64,000 bases of DNA, taken from positions 17,052,001 through 17,116,000 of the forward strand of contig CM052818.1 of assembly GCA_028534125.1 (NCBI GenBank), written 5' to 3'. Source of the DNA: Lama glama (Eukaryota). Each line of letters begins with the position of its first letter. Positions within the stretch are counted from its first letter, which is position 1. This document shows positions 49,854 to 64,000 of this stretch, piece by piece. The position numbers and the translations under genes are program-made. The notes under the pieces were generated by a model that was not told the DNA's origin, did no database searches, and saw nothing but the letters and a program-made list of their open reading frames with translations.

Positions 49854-52349
49854 AAAAACTTGGTATTTTCCATTTTTAGCACATTGAATGTAAAGGATAA
49901 TTGTTGGCTTGCCTTGAACAAAAAGTAAAAGAATTTTCTTAGGGCAACAGATCTTTGAAGCCATTAACTATGGGGATTGATGAGAAAGTTATCTGTGCCA
50001 ACTCCGACTCATAACTTCGTACTCTCTTTCAAGAGTATTCTGTTGCCCAAACTTGAAATCAGATATTTTCAAGGTTATGTTAACGCACTGTACTGGGTAG
50101 ACTTTTTCCTAGCATACCCTTGAAGGGAAAAAGGAGTATTAGAACCTCATCAGTTCTATGGGTTTCATTCAACAAACATTTACCGTGCTCCAGCCAAAGG
50201 TCCAGCTCATCATTAGTTACTTGGGGTCAAGGTGAGGAGTAGGAATTAGAGATATAACACACAAAATACAGTGGGAGAGAAAAATCTTTTTAATATAATA
50301 TTTTGAGTATCGTTATCTGACATTTTTACGTGTATCAGAAGAGTGATGACTAACTAAGCCTTGACAACTGGAGGATCATGAGGGCTGGGTCGTCTGTTCT
50401 GGATCTTAAACTTTAAATACAATTTTACCTTGCAGAGAAGGAATTTCTAGAATCTGTGAACCTTAAGCATAATACGCTGAGTACAATACTTGGTGAATAG
50501 AAAGTGCTCAATAAATTTTGGCTGTTTACTCTGCCCTTGGACATTTGGTGAGAACCACTGTATGTCAGGTGCTGAGATACAAGGGTTAACGTGACCTAGT
50601 CTCCAACCTCAACAAACACGCGTTCTTGTGGAAACAGGCAGGTAAAGAAATCATGGCAATGCTACATTGTAAGTCCTTTGATGGGGTGAACCTTTGGGGC
50701 TATGGAGGACCCAGAGCCTTCTCAGCCTTGATGTACTGGTGAGTGTTGAAATGTGAGGAGGTTAACCAGGTTAATAAGTTGGGGAAACAGAGAGTGAAAA
50801 ACACTGAATGAATAAATATCAAGGCCAGAGAGAAAGGAGAGAAGAAAGAGATGGAGGAAGGGAGATAATGTATACAGAGTCATGGCTTCCTTGGAGGTGG
50901 AAAATGTTGATTGTGATTGGACCATAGGGTTTTTGAAAGTGAGTAACAGGCAATGAAGTTAGGAAAATACGTGGGATCAGTTATAGTGGCCATTGCGAGA
51001 GCTGATAGGCAACTTAAACCCATGTGCTTTGAGCTGGAAAACTGGAAGCTACTGGAGGTGTTTCTGGGGAAGTACGTATACAAGTATGTTAGACATAAAC
51101 ACAACCCTAAAGATAATAAGGTATTTTTATTTTTTCTTTTCTTGGTACATCCTGAAGTATGGTTAAGAACTGAGGAGCTAGTTAGACTGTGCTTGTGTGT
51201 TAGCTTTCCTGGTGGTTTTTCCTTCCCCTTCTGTTTCCTCTTTGCTATCTTTGTTTTATCCTATTTTGTCTTTTCTTCCATCTGCTAAGTAATTATTTTT
51301 ATGGCCTATTTTTAGGGTCAGAATTTTATTAGCCATATATAAAATCAGTAATTAAAGCCAACTCTGAAGTTTATTTTGAGGAATCCTTTAGCCCTGCAGC
51401 TAAGAAAACCTTGTGAAGATCGGACAAAATTCCTGGATATTAACAATACTGAATTCTTGTGAACAGGTGACTTCATACTCTCAAATGGAATCTTAACTAA
51501 TTTATGGCTTTTTTTTTTTGAATCAGAAAAACCATAATCTCTCTATGATGGTGTATCAGAGTGTAATTTTACTGTGTCTGTATCATTTTTTCCCCCTAGA
51601 TGTCATTGCTCACCATCGCCTTGCCCAAGTTTCAAAGTGTACCTACTTTGTAGTCCCTGATTCAGTCTTCGCTCTGCCTCTAAATAACTATGTTCTTGGA
51701 TAAATCAGTACTCTGTCTGAGCTCTTAAATATAACCTAGTCTGGCTCCACCGTGCCTCACTAAATTTTGTGTTGCCGAAGACAAACAGCTGCCACTCTGC
51801 TTGGCTTTCTCCGGAGACCTCCAGAGGCTCCTCCTGCTAGTCCCTTTTCCTCATAACCATGGCATCCTCTCTCATGATCCCTCTAAAATCCCTTACTTCA
51901 CTTTAAACTGTTTTCTCGTATTGATTCCTTTTGCACCTAAAAGATTGTCACAGAAAACTCCTGTTTAAGAGCTCAGCACACATTTGTCTGCTGAAGACAG
52001 TAATCCAATTAACTGCCTTCGTTTTCTTTCACCAGGCTACAAATCTCTCTTTTCTATCACCTGCATCTCCTATCGGCAGGCGAAATATAGCCAATTTCAA
52101 TGTATTTGGTTTTTAATTATTTGAAGAGAGGTGAATAAACCATTATAAACCATTTATAAAAGTGGGAGTGGTAATGTGAATATTCATGATTATTTGGATT
52201 TGTCATTAGTAGGCCTTTGGCACGCATAGGTAAAAGATGCTGCCACATTAAACTGAAAAGCGTAGGCCAAGGAGGAATATTTCTTTCCTTTTTAAAAATT
52301 CTTTTTCTTTTTTTTTTCATAAAAGAAAATTTTTTCAGCTCCTCATTTA

Positions 52350-52610
52350 TTCTGACCTGGTGTGGTGGTCTAGTGACTTGATTTAACTGATAGAATACAG
52401 TGGAAGGGACGCTGTGCCTTTCCAAGTCTAAACCTTAAAGAGGTCTGACAGCTTTTGTTTTTACACTGTGGGAACCTGAGCCATTACATTAGAAGTTTGA
52501 TCTGGAAGAGACCATGTGGTGAGGTCCATAGGGAAAGACCCTGAGTCTACGTGGAGAGAAGCCATGTGTCCCAACTGTCTCCTGAAGTGCCATTCAGCCC
52601 AGCACATGCT
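52350..52610. mobile_element. MLT1-type MaLR LTR fragment
   Basis: gtgacttgatttaactgatagaatacagtggaagggacgctgtgcctttccaag...gagaccatgtgg. Confidence 0.6.
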
Positions 52611-52824
52611 TCACCTCAGGATTTTGAATCTGGAATGAGCAATGCAGAGGGGCATGGGAGTTAGGACTTGTTCTGGGACCAGCATCTTGTTTCCAGTGGC
52701 AGCCACTGAGACAAGGGCGAGAGAGGGTACTCAGTATGCAGTACAGACAGCAATAACATCCTTTGCAGAATCTTCTTTTAATGCAATTTCTGGTCCCCTA
52801 ACATCTTTCATTTTCCACTTAAAA

Positions 52825-53430
52825 TTTTTTTTAAAATTTTTTCACCCATTTCTTCTATACCCACCTCCTACCTCTGACAGCCACCAATCTGGTCTCTGTA
52901 TCTGTGAACTTGGTTTCATTTCTTGAGGTTCTTTGTTTGTTTAGATTCTACACACGAGAGAGGTCATATGGTATTTGTCTTTATCTATCTGACTTATTTC
53001 ATTTAGCATAATACCCTCCAGGTTCATCCCCATAGTCTTACAAATGGCAAAATTTCATTCTTTTTATGGCTGAATAATATTCCATTGCATATATATATGT
53101 AATTTCTTTATCCATTCATCCTTTGATGGACACAAGAAATTGTTTCTGTATCTTGCCTCTTGTGAGTAGTGCTGCAATGACTTAGTGATTTCATTTTCTT
53201 CAGATAAATACCCAGAAGTGGAATTGCTAGATCATATGATAGTTTCTTTTCTTTTCCTTCTTCCTCCCTCCCTCCCTTCCTTCCTTTCTTTCTTTCGAAA
53301 CCTCCATACTGTTTTTCATAGTGGCTGTACCAAAGCACAGTCCCAACAGCAGTTCACCAGGGTTCCCTTTTCTCTACCTTCTCACCAACCCTTGTCATTT
53401 CTTGTGTCTTGATAACAGCCATCTGATGTG
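52825..53430 (-). mobile_element. L1MA-like 3' region
   Basis: ccaccaatctggtctctgtatctgtga, gacttatttcatttagcataataccctccaggttcatcc, atacccagaagtggaattgctagatcatatg, ctccatactgtttttcatagtggctgtacc. Confidence 0.85.
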
Positions 53431-55319
53431 TATTTGGGCTTAATAGTGTTCTAGACAGTGTAGGAACTAGGAATGTAGCTCAGGGCACAAGCCCTTCTGC
53501 TCAGGAGCATAATCGTGGGAGTGAGATGAGCCATGGAGGAAGAACACTGTACCACTAAGCCAGGCTCTCACCCAGATGAGAGAGAAGCCCCGGGTTGCAG
53601 ATATCCAGAATGTGTTGCCCCCTGTCCTAGGTGGCCTGTTACTTGGTGTGTCTCTTCATCCTTCCTTCCAGCCTGCCTTCACTTGTCGTGTTTCATGGTC
53701 CTCTTGGTGCTTGCTCTCTTCCAGCATCTATTGGAGAAATTGGTGTGTTAGAACTTTCTTGTAAACTGTTCCTCTCAGTTTTATCTCTAGAGGAAATAAT
53801 AATATCTTTTCTTATGTCAATCAAGTAATCACAAAAAGAATTATATTTTCGGACCATAATTAACACCACTGTGCTGAATTAATATACGATCATTCTTAAT
53901 GCTCTTTTTCTTTCCTAAACATATCAAAACCAGAATTCCTCTGTCTTTGTCTACAGGTGTGGGGATGGGCCTTTATAGGAAGAATAGATGCTGCCAATAA
54001 ACAACAGAGCTAAAATGAAAAATTAGATCAGAGCTATGATTTGGGGAATTTTCATCTCTGAATTATTAATTTGTAGGTCTGTTTTGCAGCTCCTTTTTCT
54101 TTCAAAATGTGGATGTGAGTTTTCTTCTGGTTATATGAAGTTTAGGCATGATTTAATTCTATAAGTAGTTACTGAATATTTATTATATGCAATTAGCTAG
54201 TCTAAAATCGTCAGGGGATATAAAGAAGAGAAAGACCTGTTTGCAGACCTCTGGGAAAAGAGCATCGCAAGAGGGGAAATAAAGCAAATAACTTGGAGCA
54301 GAAAATATCCTTTCTACAGTGAAGCATTTGTCTTAAAACCCCACCAGCAGAAAGTATAACATCTCGTGGTGACTTTCGTTATCTCATGTCCCTACACTGC
54401 CATTTTCCTGTGTAGATCTCAGGCAACGGTGGGCCTGGCTGACATGAGTACTGTGTCTTCAGTAGTGGGATAATTTATGCCAAGCCAGTCGTATCTTCCT
54501 ACTTGTCTCAGCTGCGTAGTTCATGCATGTTTGTGGACAAGCTGGCTGACAGTAGTGCAGCCTGGGTGAACCTGGCTGTATTCATCGTACGTGGAGCTCC
54601 CTGCTCACTTCCCGTACCTTCACACTCCAAATTAGGTCAGGGCTCTTTGTGACTGTGGTCTCTTTAGGAATCCAGTGCAGGCTTTCCCTGTTTGGCTGGG
54701 CTACCCTGGCAGCATGAAGTATTCAATGAAATCAATCCCGTCCAGACTTCCTAGTCCCTGAAGACAGGAGCTGAGAATCAATTTTCCTCTCCGCTCTATA
54801 AATTGAGTGGCAGCTGGCCTGCACTAGAAGCTGTTAGAAAACTAGGCATCTCATTTCACTCTACCCGGAGTTTGGTGAGTAGGGTTCATGTTTTTAAGAT
54901 TGCGATCATTTGACTTCAGTTATAATATTAATTTCCCATGATCTCTGTAGTCGAGGGGCATGTCAGAATGAGAAACGCAGCTTAAGGGAAAAGGAATCTG
55001 AAAATGTCACATGTGCCTGAGGTAAAGAAGTGATGGTTTCATGGTATCTAATCGAAGGCTAAGTCCAGATGCCCTCAGTGTGGAGAGCTAGTCTGGGGAG
55101 GTGAGTGGTGGGAGGCCCTCTTAAAATTGTCATCAGCACCTGTCTAGTGACCGCAAAACAAAATAATAATAGTATAATTCCTTGATCTGAACAGTCTACA
55201 TCTTCTCATATGTATCTCAAGTGTAAATAAAACTGTTTTGCATATGTTGCTCTTTTTGTATACTGTAACATACAGTACAGTACAGTGGTGCATCACGAAC
55301 CTACACGTTTGATAAAATG

Positions 55320-55560
55320 TGTGTACACACATACGCACAGCTACACACGTACAAATGAATACAAAAGGGGGAGAGAGAGCTCTGGATTAAATAGGTGAAC
55401 TGTATCAGTGTCTATATCCTGGTTATGATATTGCACTAAAAATTTTTAAGATGCTGTTAGTAGTAGTAGTGACAATAGGAAAGTGAGCAATAGGTATGTG
55501 GTATGTCTCTATACTTTCTTACCACTGTATGTAAAGCTACAATTATCTCAAAGCAAAGTA
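55320..55560 (+). mobile_element. L1MC/MD-like 3' end
   Basis: tgtatcagtgtctatatcctggttatgatattgcacta...ctgtatgtaaagctacaattatctcaaa. Confidence 0.7.
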
Positions 55561-58500
55561 AGCTACAGTCTTGTTATGCAAATACAGCTTCAAAACAGGT
55601 CTCCTAAGCACCCCCTTCAAACATTGTGGACCCTGAGTCTTCCTGTGGAGACATCCTGGAACTGACCTTGTCCTGGGCCCTCGACACTATTCTCCTGCTG
55701 TAAACAAATATTCTTTTAAATGATTTATGAGAAATAGAGCACTCTAAGAATGAAAAGCCCGAGAAAAATCTAAGGCATTGAATTCAGTATTGGAGTTGGA
55801 GATATTCAGGGCCACTGTGTTCCTCTCAACATTCATGAACTTGTCATGGGATGGGTAGCATTTTGGCATTTAATGATTTCATAAAATTTAAAAAAATAAT
55901 TTCTTTGCTCAACTTAGATGTCAATCGTCCTGACTTTTAATCTACATTCTACATTCAAATATGATTTAGGGAACACAGACCAGACTTCATAATCCCCACT
56001 AATGCACAAAAGCCCAAATAGAGAGGTGACTAGATCACATTATTGCAAACTGTACCTAAGTGTATTGGTTAATAACTCTTTTAACAATCTCTTCCGTCTC
56101 CTAAAATCTTCGGCTACCCAATGAAGTGTAACTATTCTGTATTTCTGTGAGTTAAATTTAGCTTTTTTTTTTTTCCAGAAAGACGTACTATTGGATATCC
56201 ACTGTATATATATATATATACACTAGTCAGGTAGTATTACCATTCTGTCTACACTGTGGCAGTTTTCCTGATACTTGTTCCAAATCTTCAATTGTAACAG
56301 TAGATATAATTGGTATTTTATATAATATTCAGCTTAGCCAAAGGTTATAAAACTACTTACTGATGTTCTTCAGCTAAACATTTCATTAAAGTAAAGCTGG
56401 AATTCCCTGCATCATGTGGTATTAGGAGCTAAAATACAGAATGCTCTTGGGCACTAATGTTAGGGCAAAAAACAATCTTAAAAGTCCACTTAGGTACTTT
56501 TAAATTTTTAGATAAATTTTTAAGTAGTATATGTGCAGCTCACAGTTATCTGCTCTAGTGGTGAGACCTAGTGTATATTCACAGATATTAACAACATTTT
56601 ATTTTGCATCTCAAATCATTCACTTGTGCTAGTAACAGAAAAAAGAACAAGCTGGAATTCCATATCTTATTTCTCCACACCATCCTCTGAGTTGTTTATC
56701 AGCTGGCATTAGTTATTCATTGATTTCTGTATGTGAAGCTTCACACTGAGAGTGATTTGGAAGTGAGTAAGTGCTGAGATTAGGAAATGTAACAGTGGTT
56801 CAGAATACTCACAACCAATGTGTAGTAATTTATCACTTGCTGGGGCGGCAGTATAGACACAAGTTCTGGGTGAGAATTTGGCTACTGAGCACAAGAAACA
56901 TATTAGGAAAATGGCAGAAAGGATTAGCAAGAGTGTAATGAGTTCTGTCCTGGAGGCACAGTGTTTACAAGTTACAGCTCCGAAGAAGGGCTACATAACC
57001 ACAGAGGAGACGGGGGGCAGGGTAAGGAGGGAGGAGGCCTCAGAGAGGAACATGAGGAAACAAAAAGGGAATCTGGAAAGTCTCCTTTCAGGAAGAGGAG
57101 CGGCGATGCTTTCAAAAGAGAGCTACTGTCATTTTATTACGTGACCAGGCTGAATGCAAACACATTTAGTGTGTGCAGTGCAAGACCTGCACCCATTCAT
57201 GTTGAATATATACAGGAAATGTGGAGGCGTTGTGAAAGTGCGTGTGCGTGTTTGTGTTTGTGTGTCTGGCAATTAGTGAAAGTGAGGCTATTGAATTTAA
57301 ATTTACAAGTAAAAAGTTTTTTCCTTCAGATAGCTTAAGATCAAAACGATTTTGGAGACCTATGATGCACGATATAATGAGAGGAATAAAAGAGTAAAAA
57401 CTTGATTCAACAGGAAGGCAACCAGGAGTGTACTGGTTTTAGTTTGAAACGCAGATACAAAAAAGTGCTGTTAGGTTTTTTTGAGTGCGTTTTTGGTTTT
57501 TGTTCTTTTGGATTGGACCCCAGAATATATGATGCTGTCAAAAATAGACAATAAAGTCTGTGGCTGAGAACGAAATATACTAGAAATTTTCTCACTGAAG
57601 TAAATAATGTGATTATACATTATACAAAATGTGATTATAAAGTAATAACAGTAATTCTGTAGTCTACATATACATTTTTCTTGTCTATTTATAGTCACCC
57701 TCACAGTTTAAACTCTATGTAGGTGAATATCTTTAGAAAATAGTTTTCTGGAAATAATGTATATGAAAAATGCACTGATGAGTCTTATTAATAATTAAAT
57801 TATTTTCTCTCCCTCTTTCTTTTCCATTTGTTCTCTCCTTTTCTCCCTCCCTCCGCACCTCTCTCTGTTTCTCTCATTCTCTCCCTCTGTTTTTCATATG
57901 TTTTAAAAAAATAAAAGATTATTTTCCTGTGTTGGCTTTAAGCAGTCTATAGGTTAGACCATTTCTGTAAAAAGAACTACCATTATTTATTATTTTTAGA
58001 TGCAATTTAATTTCTAGTTATAAGAAAGGGCAATTACATTTGAAGGAAGTAATGCTTTGCTTCTACAGAAAAATTTGCTGGTGAAATAATTCTACTATTA
58101 AAGGGAAACATGACTATTAATGCATTGAATAAATATGTATTGAACACTTTCCACAGAACAACCACTGTACACAGAGGAAAAATGGTAAGCAAAATAGTTG
58201 TGGCCTCTGCCCTCATGGAATGTGTTTTTTGCAACATATTCTGGATAATTCAAAAAATGATAAAGTCTAATAAATATCTATTGCTAGAATTTGTAAATTG
58301 CTAGTTTTCTAAAAGTCATTTCACTCTTTCATCTAATAGAATTAGACAGCTAAAAGAGAGATCGGAATCCTGTGGTACACACAACCATAGCCAGGTAGAA
58401 CCTTTACTCACTCCACGCCACACTTAAGTGAGGCTCAATTACTGAGTATTCCTATTAAACACAATGCACGGTCAGAATGCTTTTTATGATAGGGAAGAGC

Positions 58501-60164
58501 ACAGAATTGCAGGAATCAACCAAAACAGAATCCCAAAATGTATCTTCCAAACCACCAATGACGTTGTAGACATCATTGAATATAAAACTTTAGAAATTAA
58601 GTCTTTAATATGTGCCTCTGGCAATCTGTTCTACTTCACGTGGTGATACATCACATAAGCTCAAGTGTCTTGGTGATGTATTGCTCTAATACATCTAACG
58701 GAGCGCACTCTGAGAGCATATTAGTGCAATGCACCATTGCTAGGGGACACTGTGGGGCTCACTGAGCAGTTCATGGCCCAGAGGGTACAGAGCATCACTT
58801 CAACCCTGAAGCCAAGGCATGGGGAGTCTCCTGATTCAGTGGCTGCCCTCCCAGCAATCAAGGCAAGGCTGCTGCACAACTGGCCAGCTGTGAGAGGGTT
58901 TTAGGGTCCTCTTGGCTGTGAGCAAATGTTACATAAAAGACTGGAGAACTCTAGTCTCCTCGGTGGAGACCCTGATAGCACAGTAGGAGCACTCACTGTG
59001 TTTCCTTCCCATTTGGAAACCACCCTGCTTGCTTGATTTTGCAGAGTGCTCCGGGAGAAGTTAATATTTGGATTTCTCTTCTGAGTAGATACTAGGAGAC
59101 CTTAGAGAGCTGGAGCAAGATGATGTTACAGTTTGATACTTCCTTTATGTATGCATCTAACCTCTTCTGTTTGAAGTTAATTTGATTTTGCCTGCATAGA
59201 AAAGGAACCTTGGGAGATGATTTTTTTTTATTAGAGATATGCTGAACCATTCAGTTTCTAAACTTGCAAACTGGAGGAAATTGCAGAGTCCTTGATGACT
59301 GAGGCTTTTGGTGCATATCCAGATTTCACTTCTGATCATTTTCTTGACAAAAGCCAGTATCTCAAGCCGTTCTGAGAGACATCCTCTTACAGTCATTTGC
59401 CAATTTAAGTGAACTTATGAGACGTCCACCAGTTTACTCTATTTCTGTTGGTTAGATGGCATTCTGGACTGCTTCCTTTTATTGACATTCCGTGGGCACA
59501 GGGTTTCTCAGCTCTTCCTTGGTGTTCATTTATTGACAGAGTAAAGAAGAGAATTAAAGGTGGACTGTTCTTCAGGGTTAACACAAATCTTCTAATGGTA
59601 GATGAAGGCCTTATAAAACCCAGTGCTATGTACACATGCTGGGAGAACCTATTGGAGGCAGTTCTTGCATACGCAGCAACACAAAATAAATTTCAAGAAG
59701 ACATATGTTTGTTACATGATAATGTGATGCCGTTATCTATACATATAATTCTTCAGAGTAGCTTATAGCAAAAGTCACTGAGTTTATAGTGGAATCATTT
59801 GTTGTAAAATCCTTGATGACAGTTACTCCTTCATTGAAGATGCAGTGCCCCAAATATAATCTTTGTTACAGGGCCAGTCATACTGTATTTTATATAAGTC
59901 TGGTGTTGCTAGGTTTGCTAGAGCAATGGGTATTATCTCCTTGCCTCCAGGAAATGCTGGAAGGGTTTATTCGGGGAGTTAATCCTTGAGCTTTATCTGT
60001 GGTTTAATGACCAGCCGTCTTTTACATGCCTAGTTACAGAGAGGTGCAGTTGAGAAAAACTACCCTGCCATTTCTTTCCCATGATTTCAAAAGTAGCTTT
60101 TACATCCATCCATGTGCACTTACTCTGTTTTCTTGTAGTTTACAAATTGTCCTGGTCCAGGGCG

Positions 60165-60445
60165 CAGTGTAGTGTACCAAGGTTAGGAACTCAGAAGAAG
60201 GGTTGTGAAGCCACACTCCCGGGGTTCCAGTCTTCCTTCCAGTCACTGACTGTAACTGTGGCTTGGTTGGGCCAAACCACTTTAGTTTTCTGACTGTCAG
60301 TTTCTTTTATCTGTGAAATGGGGACGGCTCTACTACTTACCACATGGACTACCAGAAAAAAATGAACTGAAAATATCTCTGCAGAGTTCTTTATGCAATG
60401 CCTGTGGTGCACAGAAAAGATCCAATACATGGTAGCTATTCTTAT
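60165..60445 (+). mobile_element. MIR SINE
   Basis: gggttccagtcttcc...cagtttcttttatctgtgaaatgggg...caatacatggtagctatt. Confidence 0.75.
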
Positions 60446-61359
60446 TATGCAAGTGAGTCGAGGTAACCTAAATTTTCTATCACATTTTTGAAACTACTTA
60501 GTTTTACATCTTTTTGTGGCTCCATCACCAATGTACAGTTATTTCATTCCTAATCTTTATTTGCTGGTAATAGATACAAAAATATAATAGTGTTTAATTG
60601 TTAGCCTCTAAATGTAAGCATACCTCCCAGATGTTTCTGTTTCTCACAATCAAATTCAAAAAGCATTACCAACTGTATAGCTGTGGGTGAAACATTTCCT
60701 ATCCAGGTCCGTCTTCTGGACCTAGGCAGAGACCCATAGGTTTGACTTCAGATTTGTAACTTAATTTTTGTTTCTGCCTGTTTCTACCTCCTCACATTCT
60801 AATAAGCTCTGTATGATCCTAACTCCCATCAGGCTGGGAGTTCTTCAAGTCCAGAGACTGAATCCTTTTATTGTTATGTCTTCAACAGTTGGTCCAGCCC
60901 CAGACACAGAGTCCGCATATTGAAATTGTCTCCCTAATCATCCTCATACCTGATTGAATTTTAGATATGAATGTAATGCTATATTTTTATCCACAAGAAA
61001 AGTACTTTTGCACACTCTCTGATTCTGTGTCAATTGAGAATTGCTAGAAATATGCATGGTACTGAAAATGAAATAAGACAACTGTAACCTCTGTTAATCA
61101 GATGAGAAAACTGAAAAGGTACATACCTACAGCCATACAACGAATGCCAGAGCTGAAGCCAAAACTGAAATTTCTCAGTACTCTAAAACTTATTCCAGCA
61201 CCCAGTAGGTTCTGAGAAAATGAGTGATTCTGAAGATTAATATTGGATAGGGAAAAAGAAAGTTAGATTTTTTTTTTCCACAGAGCCCTTTGTTCCTCAG
61301 AGGTTGTCAGGGTTAATTCATTTGTTAGAACTGTTTGTTGGGATTTAATAATTGAATGA

Positions 61360-61535
61360 GCTCTTACTAGCTATGTGACTTTGGGAAAGTTACTTAAACT
61401 CTCTGAGATTTAATTGCTATATCTGAAGATGATGCAAATACCCACCATGGAGAATTGATGTAATAATTATAATAATGGCTCCAGTGCCTTCTGGCTGGCA
61501 GACATCAATAGTGGCTAGTAGTGTTACCATTAACT
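61360..61535 (+). mobile_element. MIR SINE fragment
   Basis: cttactagctatgtgactttgggaaagttacttaaactctctgag. Confidence 0.7.
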
Positions 61536-64000
61536 GTGAGATGACCAGTGATCCCATCAAAAGAGATGAGCTAAATAAGTCTGTTTTTGTGAAAGAACAC
61601 ATTAAAAGCTGTGTTTGAAAAAGCAGAAAAAACCAGACCAGACAAGAAAAACCCTTACATTTGAAAATGAAAATAGTACACAGTTATTATATTCTTTCTG
61701 CCCAGAGAAAGAATTTCTGGCAACAGACTATCACAGCATCCTATTTATCACCTGTCTGGTACTGACTACACATTTTAAGGATCAGAAAGCTTTCACTATA
61801 CCAAAAGCCTTGTTATTGTAGTAAGATGGGGGATAGGAAGGATATAAAAGTTTATGCAATGTGAAGAAGATATGCAGAAAACAGCATAAATTATTTATTT
61901 TTCTGGAACTAACCTTGTTCTTAATTTCCCATTTCTGGTTATAGTGGTTTGAGGGCAAATGGTAGAGAAACTTTCCAATTTTAAATTACTCATTTTTCTT
62001 CTTGTTTGAAAGTATTTCTTTTAAGTCAATATTCAGACAACTCAGATTTCAAATTCTCTATTAGAGTTTTTTATCTCTTCCCATCCCCAGGATCTGGGGA
62101 AGGGATTTCTGTTCTGAAGGTTTTCCTTGGGATCATCCCTGAACTCCCTGAGATGTCCTTCATCAGCCTGGTCTCTGGTTGTCCTTTGTGGACTGAAACA
62201 TGAGTGGCCCTGGCTAGTGGTTAGGATACTGTGTGGGTATACACCCTTCTGGATCTGGGATTTTGTGTTGCCTTTAGATCTAAGATTCTGCAATTCTTCT
62301 TGTCTGGACTCCAGGCCTCTTCTGGTCCCTTGGTCCTCCGACTGTCTCTGGGTCGACCTGGAGATCTCAAGAACTTCTCTGCGACCTGATGGAGTCTTTG
62401 AGGTTTGCCTTGAATACCCTCCTCTCCTGTGACCACCTCTACTCCCAGGCCTTGATGACAGAGCACCTTGCCAAAGTCAAGGCTTCCTTGAGAGGCCTTC
62501 ATTTTCCCCAGGCGAGTGTGGCATCAGCACCACTGGGTCCTGAATTCCCCGGTCGTGTCTGGGCATTAGATCTCTGGGTTCAGCTCTGGTGGGGAAGGAG
62601 GGTCACCCCATCTGCCATCTTTTCCCTTGATTTTTCCCTAGTTCTGAGCTCGTCCCACAAGCGTCTGAAGGATTTTTTTCCTTCCTGTGTGGCAGGAACT
62701 TTGCCTGCTGTTTGCTGCTCTGCAGTTAGGGGGCACCTTCCACCCTCTACTGAAGTGTGAAAGTGCACAAATCCTTCTCGATATTTACCTTTCCTCTCAA
62801 AATTGTGGCTTTTACAAATAAAAAAAAATGATTGTTTTATGGTTTCACTATGGAATTTAAGAAAACATATCAGACTCAAATACAAGTTTCTCAAATGTGT
62901 TCAGCCATAGTTTTAGTGGGTGGAGGAATGAAGAGACAAACAGAAAAGAAAAATTACTGTAAACAAAAATACACTGGGCTAATGAGGAATTAAGATTGCA
63001 AAGGAATACAATTACACAGGTTTACCCTGTAACCAGCGTTATCTCCATTGTATCTAAGAATGCAAAAGCCACTTCCTTTTTTGGCCTTCTCGAGACTTAA
63101 TACAACATTCTTCAGATTCCTAACTTACTGAGTTTCCTTCCCTGTGCAAACCTAATCTTCTAAATGGGCCTGGATAATTTTACCTTTTGAAAGCAATCAG
63201 TCATTACAGTTGTGCTTCTAATCCTTCAAGCATCACCGTGGGAAACATTTTATATTGTGATCATTTAAACCAATATCTCCAGTAGGGGAGACTTCCTGGT
63301 GTCAACTAGATTGTTGAAGAAATAGATCCTTGCATTTATAGCTTAAGTTCTAGCCAGTAAACACAAAATTTTTGCTTCAGTGTAGACATTCCAATTTCGG
63401 GTGTGAACTTAGAGCTGCTTCTTGAAGAGAGTCTTCGTTTGCTAACTGATTTCTTGTAACCTGGTCACAACCAGTTGAACATTGTAATTAATGAGTGACT
63501 GCCCCAACCACTTCTTTTATCCTCTGCTCTCTTATTATCCCCCATTCCCTTGCCAATATGTATTAGAATCAAAAGCATTACCACTGAGGAACTGCCAGAA
63601 AAACACTTATTTTCATGAGATGACCAGTATTTTTCTCCATCAATACTTGTTCAACAGATAACAGGGAGATTTACAACTGCCAAGTGCTAAGTGTGGTGCT
63701 AGGGTACCCAGCTCTCTCTGATCCAGTCACAAAGGTGACCGAGCTACTGAAAACACTGATTTTAGAATAAAATTCTCTCTACGGCCCTTAGCTGCACTTT
63801 GGAGACTTTAACAAGACTCAGCATCCTGTGAACATTGTGAAGGGCATATTATAAATTTACCATAAAATAGGTGTACAATAATAACAATATGTAAAAAGAA
63901 TACTTCTGAGCCTTCCGCCACTGGGGAAGCATGCCTGTTTCCTTTTTCCCTCCAGTCTGGATGTGTTTATTCTAATTGATGCATATTTTGTATCTTTGTG

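Larger units (their letters stand above)
21038..64000 (+). other. NRXN1: NRXN1 intron (5' part of the long intron after the LNS2 C-terminal exon)
   Basis: Starts with gtaaat. The next expected exon (VVYKNNDVRLELSRL...) was not found in the window. Confidence 0.85.

Noticed and set aside
53935..53962. Pyrimidine tract followed by CAG|GTGTGG as a recursive site
   Set aside because: The reconstituted donor would be poor, and no strong downstream donor was seen.
1..64000. Prokaryotic-type systems (CRISPR arrays, operons, defence islands), tRNA or rRNA genes
   Set aside because: The sequence is mammalian intronic DNA, and no regularly spaced repeats or structural RNA genes were recognised.

Overview
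Eutherian mammal genomic DNA, AT-rich and almost entirely intronic, inside the neurexin-1 (NRXN1) gene on the + strand. Three coding exons of alpha-neurexin LNS2 are present: a 302-nt exon (17444-17745), the alternatively spliced splice-site-2 (SS2) microexon with two donors (19825-19848/19869; +8 or +15 aa) and a 162-nt exon (20876-21037). These are flanked by a >17 kb upstream and a >43 kb downstream intron. The introns hold ancient repeats (L1M, L2, CR1/L3, MIR, hAT MER5/MER53, MLT1) and an antisense processed RPL26 pseudogene. I recognised no Alu, B1/B2, CanSINE, Bov-A/tA, PRE-1, CHR or ERE SINEs, so the host is probably a non-primate, non-rodent eutherian; the species cannot be fixed. Nearly all other entries in the ORF track are noise. 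I see no clearly new gene system. The most interesting signal is the dense regulatory architecture around SS2: ACTAAC arrays on both sides, a GCATG cluster, a G-quadruplex motif, a CpG/CRE-rich patch with an ORF in frame with the next exon, unassigned acceptors and possible competing RNA pairings. There is also a recursive-splice-site-like cryptic exon at ~33.4 kb. Repeat subfamily names and boundaries are by eye and approximate.
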